Shown: piece by piece, positions 48,160 through 58,134 of the stretch
How the letters are laid out: every line of letters begins with the position of its first letter
How positions within the stretch are numbered: the stretch's first letter is position 1
Assembly (NCBI GenBank): GCA_963692865.2
Contig: OY843592.1
Coordinates: 3,296,001-3,360,000, forward strand
Source of the DNA: a bacterium
GTDB taxonomy: Bacteria; UBA8248
Reading direction: 5' to 3'
Length of the DNA: 64,000 bases
The notes under the pieces: generated by a model
Told to the model about the DNA's origin: nothing
What the model saw: only the letters and a program-made list of their open reading frames with translations
Databases searched by the model: none
Made by a program: the position numbers and the translations under genes

Positions 48160-48612
48160 ATGAAAATCTGGGTGGATGCGGACGCATGTCCGCAAGAGGT
48201 CAAGGAAATTCTCTACAAGACCGCCGAGCGCCTCGACATACCCACCGTGCTGGTGGCGAACATGAAGCTCAGGACGCCGGACATCCCATGCGTCTCGATG
48301 ATTCAGGTTCCAGGCGGGGCGGACGTTGCCGATGAGTACATCGTCGAGAACCTGAGCGCGGGCGATTTCGTCATCACGGCGGACGTTCCCTTCGCGGCGA
48401 AGGCGGTGGAGAAAGGCGCGCTGGCCATCGACCCGCGTGGCGAGGTCTACACCGAGGAAAACGTGGGCGAGCGGCTGTCTTTAAGAAACTTCATGATGGA
48501 GATGCGCTCGGGCGGCCTCGTCCAGGGCGGCCCGCCGCCCATGGCCACTGCGGATCGCAAAAAATTCGCTGCGGCCTTAGACCGCGAGTTGACGAAAAAA
48601 AGAAACGCCTAG
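48160..48612 (+). CDS. YaiI/YqxD (UPF0178) family protein
   Basis: IWVDADACP, ADEYI, ITAD, PRG and GGPPP. Confidence 0.9.
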   Translation: MKIWVDADACPQEVKEILYKTAERLDIPTVLVANMKLRTPDIPCVSMIQVPGGADVADEYIVENLSAGDFVITADVPFAAKAVEKGALAIDPRGEVYTEENVGERLSLRNFMMEMRSGGLVQGGPPPMATADRKKFAAALDRELTKKRNA

Positions 48613-49595
48613 GCGTTCACGTCCACGACCACGCGGCCACGCACCCGCCCTTTCAGGATATCGCCGCCCAGACCGGGCAGATCGGACAGCGCCGCTTCGG
48701 TGATCATGGATTCGAGTTTCTCCTGCGGCATCTCCTCCGCGAGCCGCGCCCACGCCTTCTTGCGAGGCTCATGGGGGCACATGACGGAATCGATGCCCAG
48801 CAGATTCACGCCCCGCAGGAGAAAAGGAATCACCGTCGTCTCTAGCGCGCTCCCGCCGGCCAGACCCACCGCCGCCACCGAGCTTCGGTGTTTCATCTGC
48901 GTGAGCAGGCGCGCAAGCGTCGTGCCGCCCACCGAGTCGATGCACCCCGCCCAGCGCTCGCTATCGAGCGGCCGCTTGGTGGGCTCGGCCAGTTCGCTGC
49001 GGGCGATGATATTCGAAGCGCCGAGTGAGCCGAGATACTCGTGGGTCTCCTCCCTTCCCGTCGACGCGGCGACGGAATAACCCAGGTTCGCGAGAACGGC
49101 CACGGCGACGGAACCTACTCCACCGGCGGCGCCCGTGACGAGCACTTCCCCGTCATCCACGCCCATGTCGTGGTCTTCCAGCGCCTGAACGGAGAGCATG
49201 GCCGTGAAGCCGGCCGTGCCGAGCGCCATCGCCTGTCTCGTGGAGAGAGTTGATGGCAGATGCACCAGCCAGTCCCCCTTCACGCGCGCCTTTTGGGAAT
49301 ATCCCCCCCAGTGCGCCTCGCCGACCCGCCAGCCGGTGAGAATCACCTTGTCGCCTGCGCGGTAATCGGGGTGCGCGCTTTCCTCCACCGTGCCCGAGAA
49401 ATCGATGCCTCCGATGTGGGGATAATTCCGCACCAGCCGCCCGATGCCGCCCAGGATCATCCCGTCCTTGTAGTTGAGCGTCGAATAATCGATCGCAACC
49501 GTCACGTCGCCATCCGGCAGGCTCGCCTCCTCAAGCTCCTGAATCGACGGGCTGACTTTCCCGTCCGCTTCTTCTAAAACCAGAGCACGAAACAT
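48609..49595 (-). CDS. acuI: Acrylyl-CoA reductase AcuI/YhdH family
   Basis: STLNYKD, GTAGFTAML, VTGAAGGVGS and PFLLRGVNLLGIDSV. Confidence 0.85.
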   Translation of the reverse strand: MFRALVLEEADGKVSPSIQELEEASLPDGDVTVAIDYSTLNYKDGMILGGIGRLVRNYPHIGGIDFSGTVEESAHPDYRAGDKVILTGWRVGEAHWGGYSQKARVKGDWLVHLPSTLSTRQAMALGTAGFTAMLSVQALEDHDMGVDDGEVLVTGAAGGVGSVAVAVLANLGYSVAASTGREETHEYLGSLGASNIIARSELAEPTKRPLDSERWAGCIDSVGGTTLARLLTQMKHRSSVAAVGLAGGSALETTVIPFLLRGVNLLGIDSVMCPHEPRKKAWARLAEEMPQEKLESMITEAALSDLPGLGGDILKGRVRGRVVVDVNA

Positions 49596-49716
49596 AGCGC
49601 ATCATCTCCATATGGTTAGTTTTGGGGGAATCACTTCCTTGACTAAGCATAATATTTAATATACGAACCCCCACAAAAATCACAAGAGAGTTAGTCAATG
49701 AATGAAAGGGCGGAAG

Positions 49717-50010
49717 ATGAATGAATTTCTTGCCAGATCCCTCGGTGCATTCAACGCAATTTTGTCGGTTATCGTCATTTCCGTTTCCGGTTTAGTTGGC
49801 TTCCGTATCGGTCAAGATCAGATTTCGGATTACGGCGGCTTCATTGGCATTGCTATCGGCCTCATGGTTGGCTGGATCGTTGCCGTAATCGTGTTCGGCA
49901 CACTCGCCGTGTTACTCAACATCAGAGAATTGCTCGTCAACGTCCATGACACGCTTGAAAAACAGCAAGTCGAAAGAAGGATCAGGAGAAGGTCCGAACC
50001 CAGATTATGA
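49717..50010 (+). CDS. Hypothetical two-TM membrane protein, lower GC
   Basis: Two hydrophobic segments and a charged tail; AT-rich upstream region. Confidence 0.6.
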   Translation: MNEFLARSLGAFNAILSVIVISVSGLVGFRIGQDQISDYGGFIGIAIGLMVGWIVAVIVFGTLAVLLNIRELLVNVHDTLEKQQVERRIRRRSEPRL

Positions 50011-50087
50011 CAAGATCGATCTCCGGCCTAGATTGGACAGGACTTGACGTTTTTCGGGAATCCCCAATAACCGAACGTAACGGAGGG

Positions 50088-50600
50088 TCACTCCCAAGAC
50101 GAACTTTGATTTGTTCCGTTTTTCTCGATTGCCTCTTTGAGCAAACCGAGCGTCGCCTCGGCGAACGCCCACATGTTCGCCTCCCTGTCCGCATCGCCCG
50201 TCTCGAGCGTCATCACCTTATCCACCGGGCCGGATACGGCCATGCACGAATGCCCCGGCGCATCCCCGTACCTGTTCCCCGAAGGGCCGGCCGCCCCCGT
50301 TTCGGAAACGCCCCAGGTCGAGCCCAGCCTGTCCTTAATCGCCGCGGCCAGCTTCGCCGCGTAGGGCTCCGTGCTCGGCCGCATTCCCTCGAAGGCGCTT
50401 TCGGGCAGCCCGAGCAGGATGCTTCTCGAATCATACGTGTAGAGCACGCCGCCGCCCATGTAGTAGGCCGAAGCCCCCGGAACGGCGAGAAGAGCGGAGG
50501 AGACCAGGCCGCCTGCGGAGGTTTCCGCAACGGCGACCGTTTGTTCCCTATCCTTCAGCAATTGCCCGATTTCACCGGCCATTCGCGTGAGCAGATCCAT
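50088..50600 (-). CDS. CinA C-terminal / PncC-like protein
   Basis: VAVAETSAGG, VPGASAYY and SETGAAGP. Confidence 0.85.
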   Translation of the reverse strand: MDLLTRMAGEIGQLLKDREQTVAVAETSAGGLVSSALLAVPGASAYYMGGGVLYTYDSRSILLGLPESAFEGMRPSTEPYAAKLAAAIKDRLGSTWGVSETGAAGPSGNRYGDAPGHSCMAVSGPVDKVMTLETGDADREANMWAFAEATLGLLKEAIEKNGTNQSSSWE

Positions 50601-50794
50601 GAGGTTCTCCAGATGAGAAAAAATTGAACCCGGAAGGTGGAACAATGGCATATTCTCGCCTTAAAATCACCCCGTCACCGCTTTATGGCGCGCGAAACGC
50701 CGGGACGGGGGGACTTGGTTCCCACACGTGATATACTGCGCAGAATGCACGCCAAATCATGAGTCCGACCCGGATACGTGGAGGAAGTCATCTG

Positions 50795-53122
50795 ATGCCC
50801 GGCGGGCAAGAAGGAATCGAAAAACGTCACCACAGTTCCCATTGGGGGGCGTTCCGGGCGCACGTGCGCGATGGCCGCATGGTGGGTTTCGAGCCGTTCG
50901 CCAAGGACCCGGCGCCCTCGCCCATCCTGGAATCGATCCAGGACGCCATATACGACGAAACACGCATCTCCCAACCGATGATCCGAGCGGGCTGGCTCGA
51001 AGGCGGCCCCGGAAATAACTCCGAAGGACGCGGCGGCGAACCCTTCGTGCCCGTCTCCTGGGAGACGGCCCTCGGAATGGTCGCCGACGAAGTCATGCGC
51101 GTCAAAACCGAATACGGCAACGAGTCCATTTTCGCGGGTTCATACGGCTGGGCGAGCGCGGGCCGCTTCCACCATGCGAACACGCTGCTGAAGAGATTCT
51201 TCAACTGCTACGGCGGCTTCACGGATCAGGTGACCACCTACAGCATCGCCGCCGGGTACGTCATCCTTCCACACGTCATGGGGGATTTTATCTCCTGCGC
51301 CGGACACATCACGACTTGGGACAGCATCGCGCAAGACTCAGGGCTGTTCGTCATGTTCGGCGGCGTTCCTGTCAAGAACGCGCAGGTGGCTGCGGGAGGC
51401 GCGGGAGAACACTCCCTGGAGCTATGGCTCGAAAGGGCGAAGGCGAACGGGGTGGAATTCGTGAACGTAAGCCCCCTGAAAGACGATGCGCCAGATTTCC
51501 TGGACGCGCAGTGGCTCGCCGTGCGCCCGAATACGGACGTGGCGCTCATGCTCGGCCTCGCCCATACGCTTCGGGAGGAGAACCTGCACGATACGGATTT
51601 CCTCGCGCGCTATTGCGTGGGTTTCGAGAAGTTCGAAGCCTATCTGACGGGCGAAACCGACGGCCGGCCCAAGAACGCGGACTGGGCGGCCCCCATCACG
51701 GGAATCGGGGCGGACGTCATCCGAACCCTCGCCCGGCGCATGGCGGGCGCGCGAACCATGCTCAACACGAACTGGTCGCTCCAGCGCGCGGACCACGGCG
51801 AGCAGACGTTCTGGATGACCATCACGCTCGCCGCCATGCTCGGTCAAATCGGCCTGCCCGGCGGCGGCTTCGGCTTCGGCTACGGGAGCATGGGCGGACG
51901 CGGCGAGCCGCGCGAGAACATCCCTTCCGTCAGAATGGGGTTCGGGAAAAACCCGACCGGCAGCTTCATCCCCGTCGCCCGCATCGCGGACATGATGCTC
52001 CACCCGGGCGGGGAATACGACTTCAACGGCGAGCGCCGCACCTACCCGGACATCCGCATGGTGTACTGGTGCGGCGGCAATCCCTTCCACCACCACCAGG
52101 ATTTGAACCGGTTGGTGAAGGCGTGGCGGCGGCCCGAGACCATCGTCGTCCACGACCCCTGGTGGACGTCCACGGCGCGCCATGCGGACATCGTGCTGCC
52201 CGCCACCACGACGCTCGAGCGCAACGACATCGGTTCGAGTTCGAGAGACCGCTTCATCCTCGCCATGCACAAGGTGATCGAGCCGGTCGGAGAGGCCCGG
52301 CACGATTTCGACATCTTCGCCGACTTGGCCGAACGCCTCGGCTTTAAGAGCGCCTTCACCGAAGACCGCGGCGAGACGGAATGGCTGAGACACATCTACG
52401 AGGAGGCGCGCCAGAAGGCCGCCTCTCAGGGCGTGGTCCTCGATACGTTCGAGCATTTCTGGGAGACGGGACACACGGAAGTCGCTACGCCTGAGACGCC
52501 GCACGTCTATCTGGCCGATTTCCGGGAAGACCCGGAGAACAAGCCGCTCAAGACGCCCTCCGGGAAAATCGAGATATATTCGGAGCGCATCGAGAGCTTC
52601 GGGTACGCTGATTGTCCGCCCCACCCCGCCTGGCTCGAACCCATGGAGTGGCTGGGGAGCGGACTGGCGGAGAAATTCCCGCTGCACATGATCTCGAACC
52701 AGCCGCGCACGAGACTCCACGGCCAGATGGACAGCGGCTCCACCAGCGTCAAGAGCAAGATTCAAGGCAGGGAGCCGGTGTGGATTCACCCCGCAGACGC
52801 CGCAGCCAGAGGAATCGCAGGCGGAGACGTCGTTCGAATCTTCAATGAGCGGGGCGCGATTCTGGCGGGCGCCGTCATCACGGACGGGCTGCTGCCCGGC
52901 GTCATCCAGCTCTCCACGGGCGCGTGGTACGACCCGCAGGAACCGGGGAGAATCGGCGCGCTCGACAAGCACGGAAACCCCAACGTCCTGACGCCCGACA
53001 AGGGAACCTCGAGCCTCGGCCAGGGCCCCAGCGCGCACAGCGCGCTGGTGGAGATGGAGCGCTACGAGGAAGAGCTTCCCGAAGTCACGGCGTTTCAACC
53101 CCCATCCTTCATCGAGGCGTAA
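50795..53122 (+). CDS. Molybdopterin oxidoreductase of the DMSO/TMAO/biotin-sulfoxide reductase clade, no Tat signal (BisC-like)
   Basis: SHWG, GSYGWASAGRFHHA, TYS (Ser Mo ligand), QRADHGEQ, GGNPFHHHQD, TPSGKIE and RLHGQ. Confidence 0.9.
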   Translation: MPGGQEGIEKRHHSSHWGAFRAHVRDGRMVGFEPFAKDPAPSPILESIQDAIYDETRISQPMIRAGWLEGGPGNNSEGRGGEPFVPVSWETALGMVADEVMRVKTEYGNESIFAGSYGWASAGRFHHANTLLKRFFNCYGGFTDQVTTYSIAAGYVILPHVMGDFISCAGHITTWDSIAQDSGLFVMFGGVPVKNAQVAAGGAGEHSLELWLERAKANGVEFVNVSPLKDDAPDFLDAQWLAVRPNTDVALMLGLAHTLREENLHDTDFLARYCVGFEKFEAYLTGETDGRPKNADWAAPITGIGADVIRTLARRMAGARTMLNTNWSLQRADHGEQTFWMTITLAAMLGQIGLPGGGFGFGYGSMGGRGEPRENIPSVRMGFGKNPTGSFIPVARIADMMLHPGGEYDFNGERRTYPDIRMVYWCGGNPFHHHQDLNRLVKAWRRPETIVVHDPWWTSTARHADIVLPATTTLERNDIGSSSRDRFILAMHKVIEPVGEARHDFDIFADLAERLGFKSAFTEDRGETEWLRHIYEEARQKAASQGVVLDTFEHFWETGHTEVATPETPHVYLADFREDPENKPLKTPSGKIEIYSERIESFGYADCPPHPAWLEPMEWLGSGLAEKFPLHMISNQPRTRLHGQMDSGSTSVKSKIQGREPVWIHPADAAARGIAGGDVVRIFNERGAILAGAVITDGLLPGVIQLSTGAWYDPQEPGRIGALDKHGNPNVLTPDKGTSSLGQGPSAHSALVEMERYEEELPEVTAFQPPSFIEA

Positions 53123-54514
53123 ATGTCCAGAAAATTCTTCTCAGACCACGCGAAGTGGCCCCGGTGCGTTTCGGGTGGGCCTTTCCTGTTCTTCAGCGGG
53201 CGGATGGGAATGCGCCCGGGTACGGGGAACATCTGCACCAGGTACGCCGAAATCGGAGAAAAGGGGCCTGCGCGGACGAAGAACTACCCCTGGGTCGACA
53301 GGATAGAAGCGCCCATCGGCGCGCAAGCCATCGCCACCTACGAAGGCGTGGGAGAAACGCTCGAAGCGCATGGCGGAGGGCTGGAGAACCTGCTCCGGTT
53401 CCATCTCTATCAACTCGACAAGCGCTTTTTCCCGGTATTCGACAGCATCCGGCGCCACTATGAACCGAAAGACCCGACGCCGAGCACCGCCGTAGGCATG
53501 GGCGCGTTCGATCTGGAGCGTACCGTGCGCTTCAACATCGACGCCATCGCTCTTAATCCCGAAGCCGCGAAAACGCTGGGGAAAAGAATGGCGCACGAAG
53601 GCTCGAAGGCGCATTCGGCCGCGGCCCATTTCTCCCACGTCGTGGGCGCGGGGCCGTACCTTTTCGTCGCCGGGCAGATTCCGACGGATACCTCGAAACC
53701 CGGCTCCCCCCTCATCCGCAACTATCCCGACATCCCCAAGAGGGGGAGATTCCTCTCCGTCGGCCAGAGCCATGAGGACAGCAGGAACGGCCCCATCGCC
53801 GCGCAGACATGGTTCGTCTACGATCTGATCCGCAAACATCTGGAAGGCTCGGGGTCGTCTCTCGAAAACATCCTGAACCTGACCGTCTATCTCGGGGACA
53901 TGCGCGATTTCCCCACCTTCCACCGCATCCATGAGCGGTTCTTCCCGAAAGACCCGCCCGCCCTCACGGTGATGCAGGTGGCGGAAGTCGGCCACAAGGG
54001 GGAGAAGATCGAAATCGAACCGACGGCGCTGATGGATAAAAGCAAGATCAAGCGCGAGGTGATACGGGGTGAGGATGGCGCAGGCGCCCAGATGAGCCTG
54101 GGCGTCGCGGCGGGCGGCGTGTTGTTCCTCTCGAACCTGATCGGCCTGAACGGGGACGGCGAGCCGATCAGCAAAAGGAGCGAGCTCAAGGGAGCGCTCC
54201 GCCGGAGACTGCCGAAAGCGCCTTCACCGGCGACGAGAAACGTAGTCCTACAGGGGCTTGCGATTCTGGATCGGATGGAAGGCGCGATGAAGGCCGCAGA
54301 CGCCGACATGAGCCGCGTGACGCACCTGACGCTGTTTCTCCAGAACATCGCTCACCTATCGGCGCTCGAACCCCTGTTCAGGAAATACTTCCCGAAGCGA
54401 AGGCCGGCCTTCACCGCCATCCAGATACCCGAAACCTCTCCCGTGGCCGGTACGGAAGTCTCGATGACGGCCATCGGGTGGATAGGCGACGGCGCCCCGG
54501 AGATCGTCGCGTAA
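53123..54514 (+). CDS. Protein with three tandem RidA/YjgF-like domains
   Basis: Three repeats of GxxLFxSGxxG...AQ...L...G..L.....TxYL...F...P(A/T)xT...IEIxxxA. Starts right after the Mo-enzyme stop (TAAATG). Confidence 0.8.
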   Translation: MSRKFFSDHAKWPRCVSGGPFLFFSGRMGMRPGTGNICTRYAEIGEKGPARTKNYPWVDRIEAPIGAQAIATYEGVGETLEAHGGGLENLLRFHLYQLDKRFFPVFDSIRRHYEPKDPTPSTAVGMGAFDLERTVRFNIDAIALNPEAAKTLGKRMAHEGSKAHSAAAHFSHVVGAGPYLFVAGQIPTDTSKPGSPLIRNYPDIPKRGRFLSVGQSHEDSRNGPIAAQTWFVYDLIRKHLEGSGSSLENILNLTVYLGDMRDFPTFHRIHERFFPKDPPALTVMQVAEVGHKGEKIEIEPTALMDKSKIKREVIRGEDGAGAQMSLGVAAGGVLFLSNLIGLNGDGEPISKRSELKGALRRRLPKAPSPATRNVVLQGLAILDRMEGAMKAADADMSRVTHLTLFLQNIAHLSALEPLFRKYFPKRRPAFTAIQIPETSPVAGTEVSMTAIGWIGDGAPEIVA

Positions 54515-54515
54515 A

Positions 54516-54783
54516 GGGGTTGTTGAAAAAGCCCACAGAAGGAGCGCGCCCAATTTCACTCCCCCCTTGAGGGGGAGTCGACGAGGTAAGGGCGTAAGCC
54601 CGCAAGCGAGTCGGTGGGGGGAGCTTTTTCTGTGGCACGTCCCCCCACCGAGTCAGCCTTCACCTGTCGGTTCGGCTTCCTCGTCTGGCTTTCCCCTCGG
54701 AAAGCCAGACCCTCAAGGGGGGAGTGAACTTCAAAAGCGCGCACGCAACCCAAAATCGCTTACCGGGGGTTTTTCAACAACCC
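54516..54783. mobile_element. MITE-like element carrying an inverted copy of the CACTCCCCCCTTGAG element
   Basis: GGGGTTGTTGAAAAA (54516-54530) ... TTTTTCAACAACCC (54770-54783); cargo at 54557-54726. Confidence 0.78.
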
Positions 54784-54790
54784 GATAAAG

Positions 54791-55690
54791 CTAGTTCGAA
54801 TCGCAGACCCTGTGCCCGGCGAGGTCCTCGATGAGGGTGGCGAAACCGCTGTGGTCCAACTCCCCGCGGTCCGCCGCCAGGAGCGCGGTGAACATCTGGT
54901 AGAGTTGGCCCGTCGCCGGTATGGCCACGCCCAAATCCGCCCCGGCTTCCATGGCGAGACGCAGGTCCTTGCGGTGCAGGCGAATCCGGAAGCCCGGCGG
55001 GTATTCGCCCTTCACCAGATTCGGCCCGCGCAGCTCGAGCACGCGGGATTGCGCAAGGCCGCCGGATAGCGCCGCTATCATCTTCTCGGGATTCACGCCC
55101 GCTTTCGAGCCCAGCACCAGCGCCTCGCTCATTGCGGCGATGTGCAGCCCCACCATGATCTGATTCGCGATTTTCACGTACCCGCCGTCTCCCACGTTCT
55201 CGCCCACGTGGACGATGGTCTTCCCCATGGCCTCGAAGACGGGGAGCGCATCCTCGAAATCCGCCGCGGCGCCACCCACCATGATGGAGAGCGTGCCCTC
55301 CCTGGCGCCTACGTCGCCTCCGCTCACGGGGGCATCGAGCATGCGCACGCCCCTCTCCCCCAAAGCCCCCGCCACTTTCTTGGAGACGCCGGGAGCGATG
55401 GTGCTCATGTCGATGAAAAGGGACCCCTCCCCCGCTCCCTCGATGACGCCCCCCTCGCCCAGGGCGACCAGTTCGACGTCCGGGGAATCGGGAAGACAGG
55501 TGATGATGACCTCGGCCCTGGAAGCCGCTTCCGATGCGGACCCGCAAACAACCGCGCCCGCCTCACCCAGCTCCTCCAGCGGGGGTTTGCTCCGGTTGTG
55601 GACGGCCACCGAATGACCGGCTTTCAGCAAGTTCAACACCATGGGCTTGCCCATGATGCCGGTTCCGATAAAGGCGACGGATCGCCTCAT
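54791..55690 (-). CDS. 2-hydroxy-3-oxopropionate reductase / beta-hydroxyacid dehydrogenase family
   Basis: FIGTGIMG, DAPVSGG, LSIMVGG, KIANQ and HRKDL. Confidence 0.88.
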   Translation of the reverse strand: MRRSVAFIGTGIMGKPMVLNLLKAGHSVAVHNRSKPPLEELGEAGAVVCGSASEAASRAEVIITCLPDSPDVELVALGEGGVIEGAGEGSLFIDMSTIAPGVSKKVAGALGERGVRMLDAPVSGGDVGAREGTLSIMVGGAAADFEDALPVFEAMGKTIVHVGENVGDGGYVKIANQIMVGLHIAAMSEALVLGSKAGVNPEKMIAALSGGLAQSRVLELRGPNLVKGEYPPGFRIRLHRKDLRLAMEAGADLGVAIPATGQLYQMFTALLAADRGELDHSGFATLIEDLAGHRVCDSN

Positions 55691-55798
55691 GTCTACGCCT
55701 CCCTTTTGGCGATTTATGGACAAACAAGTCGCGGGCTGGCCCCTCTGACGCAATCGCGAAAGTTATGCGGACTCCTGCGCTTTACGCCTCCTGGCAGA

Positions 55799-57136
55799 TT
55801 ACCCGCCGAGGCGGGACTCCAGCCATCTTGCTGTTCTCAGCAGTCTCGCGTCGTCTCCCCTAGGCCCCACGAGCTGCGCGCCGAGCGGCATCCCGTCCGC
55901 TCCCTCCAGCAGGGGAAGCGTAACGGCCGGCGTCCCGCACAAGGTCCAGATGGTGCAGAAAACCGGATTCCCCGTCGCGCCCAGCCCAAGCGGCGCCTGC
56001 CCCGGCGCAGGCGGGGTCAAGATGGCGTCGAACCGCGCAAAAATTTCTCCCAGCAATCCGTTCAGAACGGGCACGCGCTCCACCGCCCGGGTGTAATCCA
56101 CCGCGAGATATTTCTTGCCGCGTTCCATCATCTTGCGCAGAAGATCGCTCAGCTGGTCTTTCCCGCGCTCGTATTCCGTCTCAAAGTTCCGCGCGAGGTT
56201 CGATTCCAGGATGACCTGGTGCCACTCGATCGCGCTGTTGAAGGCATCGGGAAGTTCGACTTCCTCCACGACCTCACCGCCCAGACTTGTCGCCAATCCT
56301 TCAAAGGCCGCCTGCGCGTCCTCTTCGGCCTGATCCCACACGGGCGTTTTCACGAACGCGAAACGCGGCGTGACAGGAGGCTCCGAGGCGGCGGTTTCCA
56401 GCAGCCTCGGGGCCGCGCGATGCCGCATGTCCGGGTCGCGCGCGTCAAAGACCATCAGTTGATCGCCCAGGAAGGCGACGTCCTCGACCGAGCGCGCGAA
56501 GAGGCCCACGTGATCGATCGGCCTCGACTGCGGAAGCATGCCGTAGCGTGAAATCGATCCGTGGGTGGGCTTGAAGCCGCAGACCCCGCAAAAAGAGGCA
56601 GGTCGGATGACGGAGCCGTTCGTCTGGCTCCCCACCGCGGCGGGAACCATGCGGGAGGCGACGGAGGCGGCGGAACCGCTCGACGAACCGCCGGGCGTGC
56701 GGTTCGGATCGTGGGGATTCTTCGTCTTGCCGGGAGAATAGACGGCGAACTCCGTCGTCACGGTCTTGCCCATAATGACGGCGCCCGCGCTTTTCAGCAG
56801 GGATACGAGCGCGGCGTCCTCGGTGGGCTGCCGGCCCGCGTGAAGTATGGAGCCGTTCTCGGTCGGCAGATCGGCGGTGTCGATGATGTCCTTGATCCCG
56901 ACGGGAACCCCGTGAAAGGGTCCCAGGGCCTTCCCTTCCCCTCTGGCCTGGTCGGCTTCCCTCGCCTGCCTCAGGGCGAACTCCTCATCCAGGTGCTCCC
57001 AGGCGCCGATTTGCTCCTCACACGCCTCGATGCGGGCCAGGCACGCCCTGACGAGTTCTTCGGAGGTCAATTCACCTTCGCGTATTGCCTCTGCGGCGCG
57101 AAGGGCGCTCAGTTGGGCCGGATTGCTCTCTTCCAT
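55799..57136 (-). CDS. Amidase signature family protein
   Basis: GIKD, GKTVTTEFA, PGGSSSGSAA and GSQTNGSVIRPASFCG. Confidence 0.9.
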   Translation of the reverse strand: MEESNPAQLSALRAAEAIREGELTSEELVRACLARIEACEEQIGAWEHLDEEFALRQAREADQARGEGKALGPFHGVPVGIKDIIDTADLPTENGSILHAGRQPTEDAALVSLLKSAGAVIMGKTVTTEFAVYSPGKTKNPHDPNRTPGGSSSGSAASVASRMVPAAVGSQTNGSVIRPASFCGVCGFKPTHGSISRYGMLPQSRPIDHVGLFARSVEDVAFLGDQLMVFDARDPDMRHRAAPRLLETAASEPPVTPRFAFVKTPVWDQAEEDAQAAFEGLATSLGGEVVEEVELPDAFNSAIEWHQVILESNLARNFETEYERGKDQLSDLLRKMMERGKKYLAVDYTRAVERVPVLNGLLGEIFARFDAILTPPAPGQAPLGLGATGNPVFCTIWTLCGTPAVTLPLLEGADGMPLGAQLVGPRGDDARLLRTARWLESRLGG

Positions 57137-57194
57137 CAGATTACTCCTCCAATCAGCGCGCTTCGTCCTCGGGCGCATCCTTTCAATACATCGA

Positions 57195-58094
57195 TCATCG
57201 GGGACGCTCCGCCGCTCCCGTCAACATGGCCACCGCGGCGAAATCCAGATCCCCCAGGCCATCGCGCGAGGCCATGCGGTAGACCTGGTTCGCGGCCGCG
57301 CCGGCAGGGCACGGAATTCCCAGGGACATCAGGGCGGAAACGGCCAGGGACATGTCCTTGAGCATCAAGTCCACCGTAAAGCCGGCTTCGAAATCCTTGC
57401 TCGATGGCGCGCCCTCGATGAGGCCGGCGCACGGCGGGTCTTTCTCCATCACCCAGCTCCCGCCGCTGCTCGTGCGGACCACCTCATGTAAAATTTTGGT
57501 ATCCACACCCGACGCCTTGCCCATGGCGAACGCCTCCGCCGCCGCCACCATGGTGACGCCCGCGATGAGATTGTTGCAGAGTTTCGCAACCTGCCCCGCG
57601 CCGTACCCCCCGACGTGGATGATGTTCTTCCCCATCAGCGCCAGAACGGGCTGCGCGGTCTCGAACGCCTCTTTCGGCCCCCCGACCATAATCGTAAGGC
57701 TTGCCGCCTCAGCCCCCATCACCCCGCCCGAAACTGGCGCATCGAGCGCCACCGCCCCGCGCTCGGCCGCTTCGGCGGCGAGTTTGCGGCTCTGATCGGG
57801 CTCGATGGTGGAGAGGTCGACCAGCAAGCCGCCCTCGCCCACGGCTTCCATGAGGCCGCCCTCGCCCATGAATACCTCTTCCACTTCGGCTCCCGTGGGC
57901 AGGGAAGTGAGTACGATTTCGCACGTAGAGGCGAGTTCCGCAGGACCGGACGCCTCGAAGGCGCCATGAGACACGGCGCGCTCCACGGATTCCGGGACGA
58001 CGTCCACGACGCCCACTTCATGGCCCGCCTTGATGAGGTGCGGCACCATGCGGCCGCCCATCGCTCCCACGCCTACAAAACCCAATCGCTTCAT
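57195..58094 (-). CDS. 3-hydroxyisobutyrate dehydrogenase family
   Basis: GFVGVGAMG, DAPVSGG, KLCNN and LMLKD. Confidence 0.88.
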   Translation of the reverse strand: MKRLGFVGVGAMGGRMVPHLIKAGHEVGVVDVVPESVERAVSHGAFEASGPAELASTCEIVLTSLPTGAEVEEVFMGEGGLMEAVGEGGLLVDLSTIEPDQSRKLAAEAAERGAVALDAPVSGGVMGAEAASLTIMVGGPKEAFETAQPVLALMGKNIIHVGGYGAGQVAKLCNNLIAGVTMVAAAEAFAMGKASGVDTKILHEVVRTSSGGSWVMEKDPPCAGLIEGAPSSKDFEAGFTVDLMLKDMSLAVSALMSLGIPCPAGAAANQVYRMASRDGLGDLDFAAVAMLTGAAERPR

Positions 58095-58134
58095 CAGATT
58101 TCCTCCACGAAAAATTTTCTCATTTTCATTTATC

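Noticed and set aside
10191-53122. A unified DMSP/organosulfur catabolic island (prpE, acuI, cupins, Mo reductase, tauE, SuyB-like)
   Set aside because: The genes are scattered over 40 kb in separate transcription units and family-level calls do not fix substrates. The theme is plausible but not supportable as one system.
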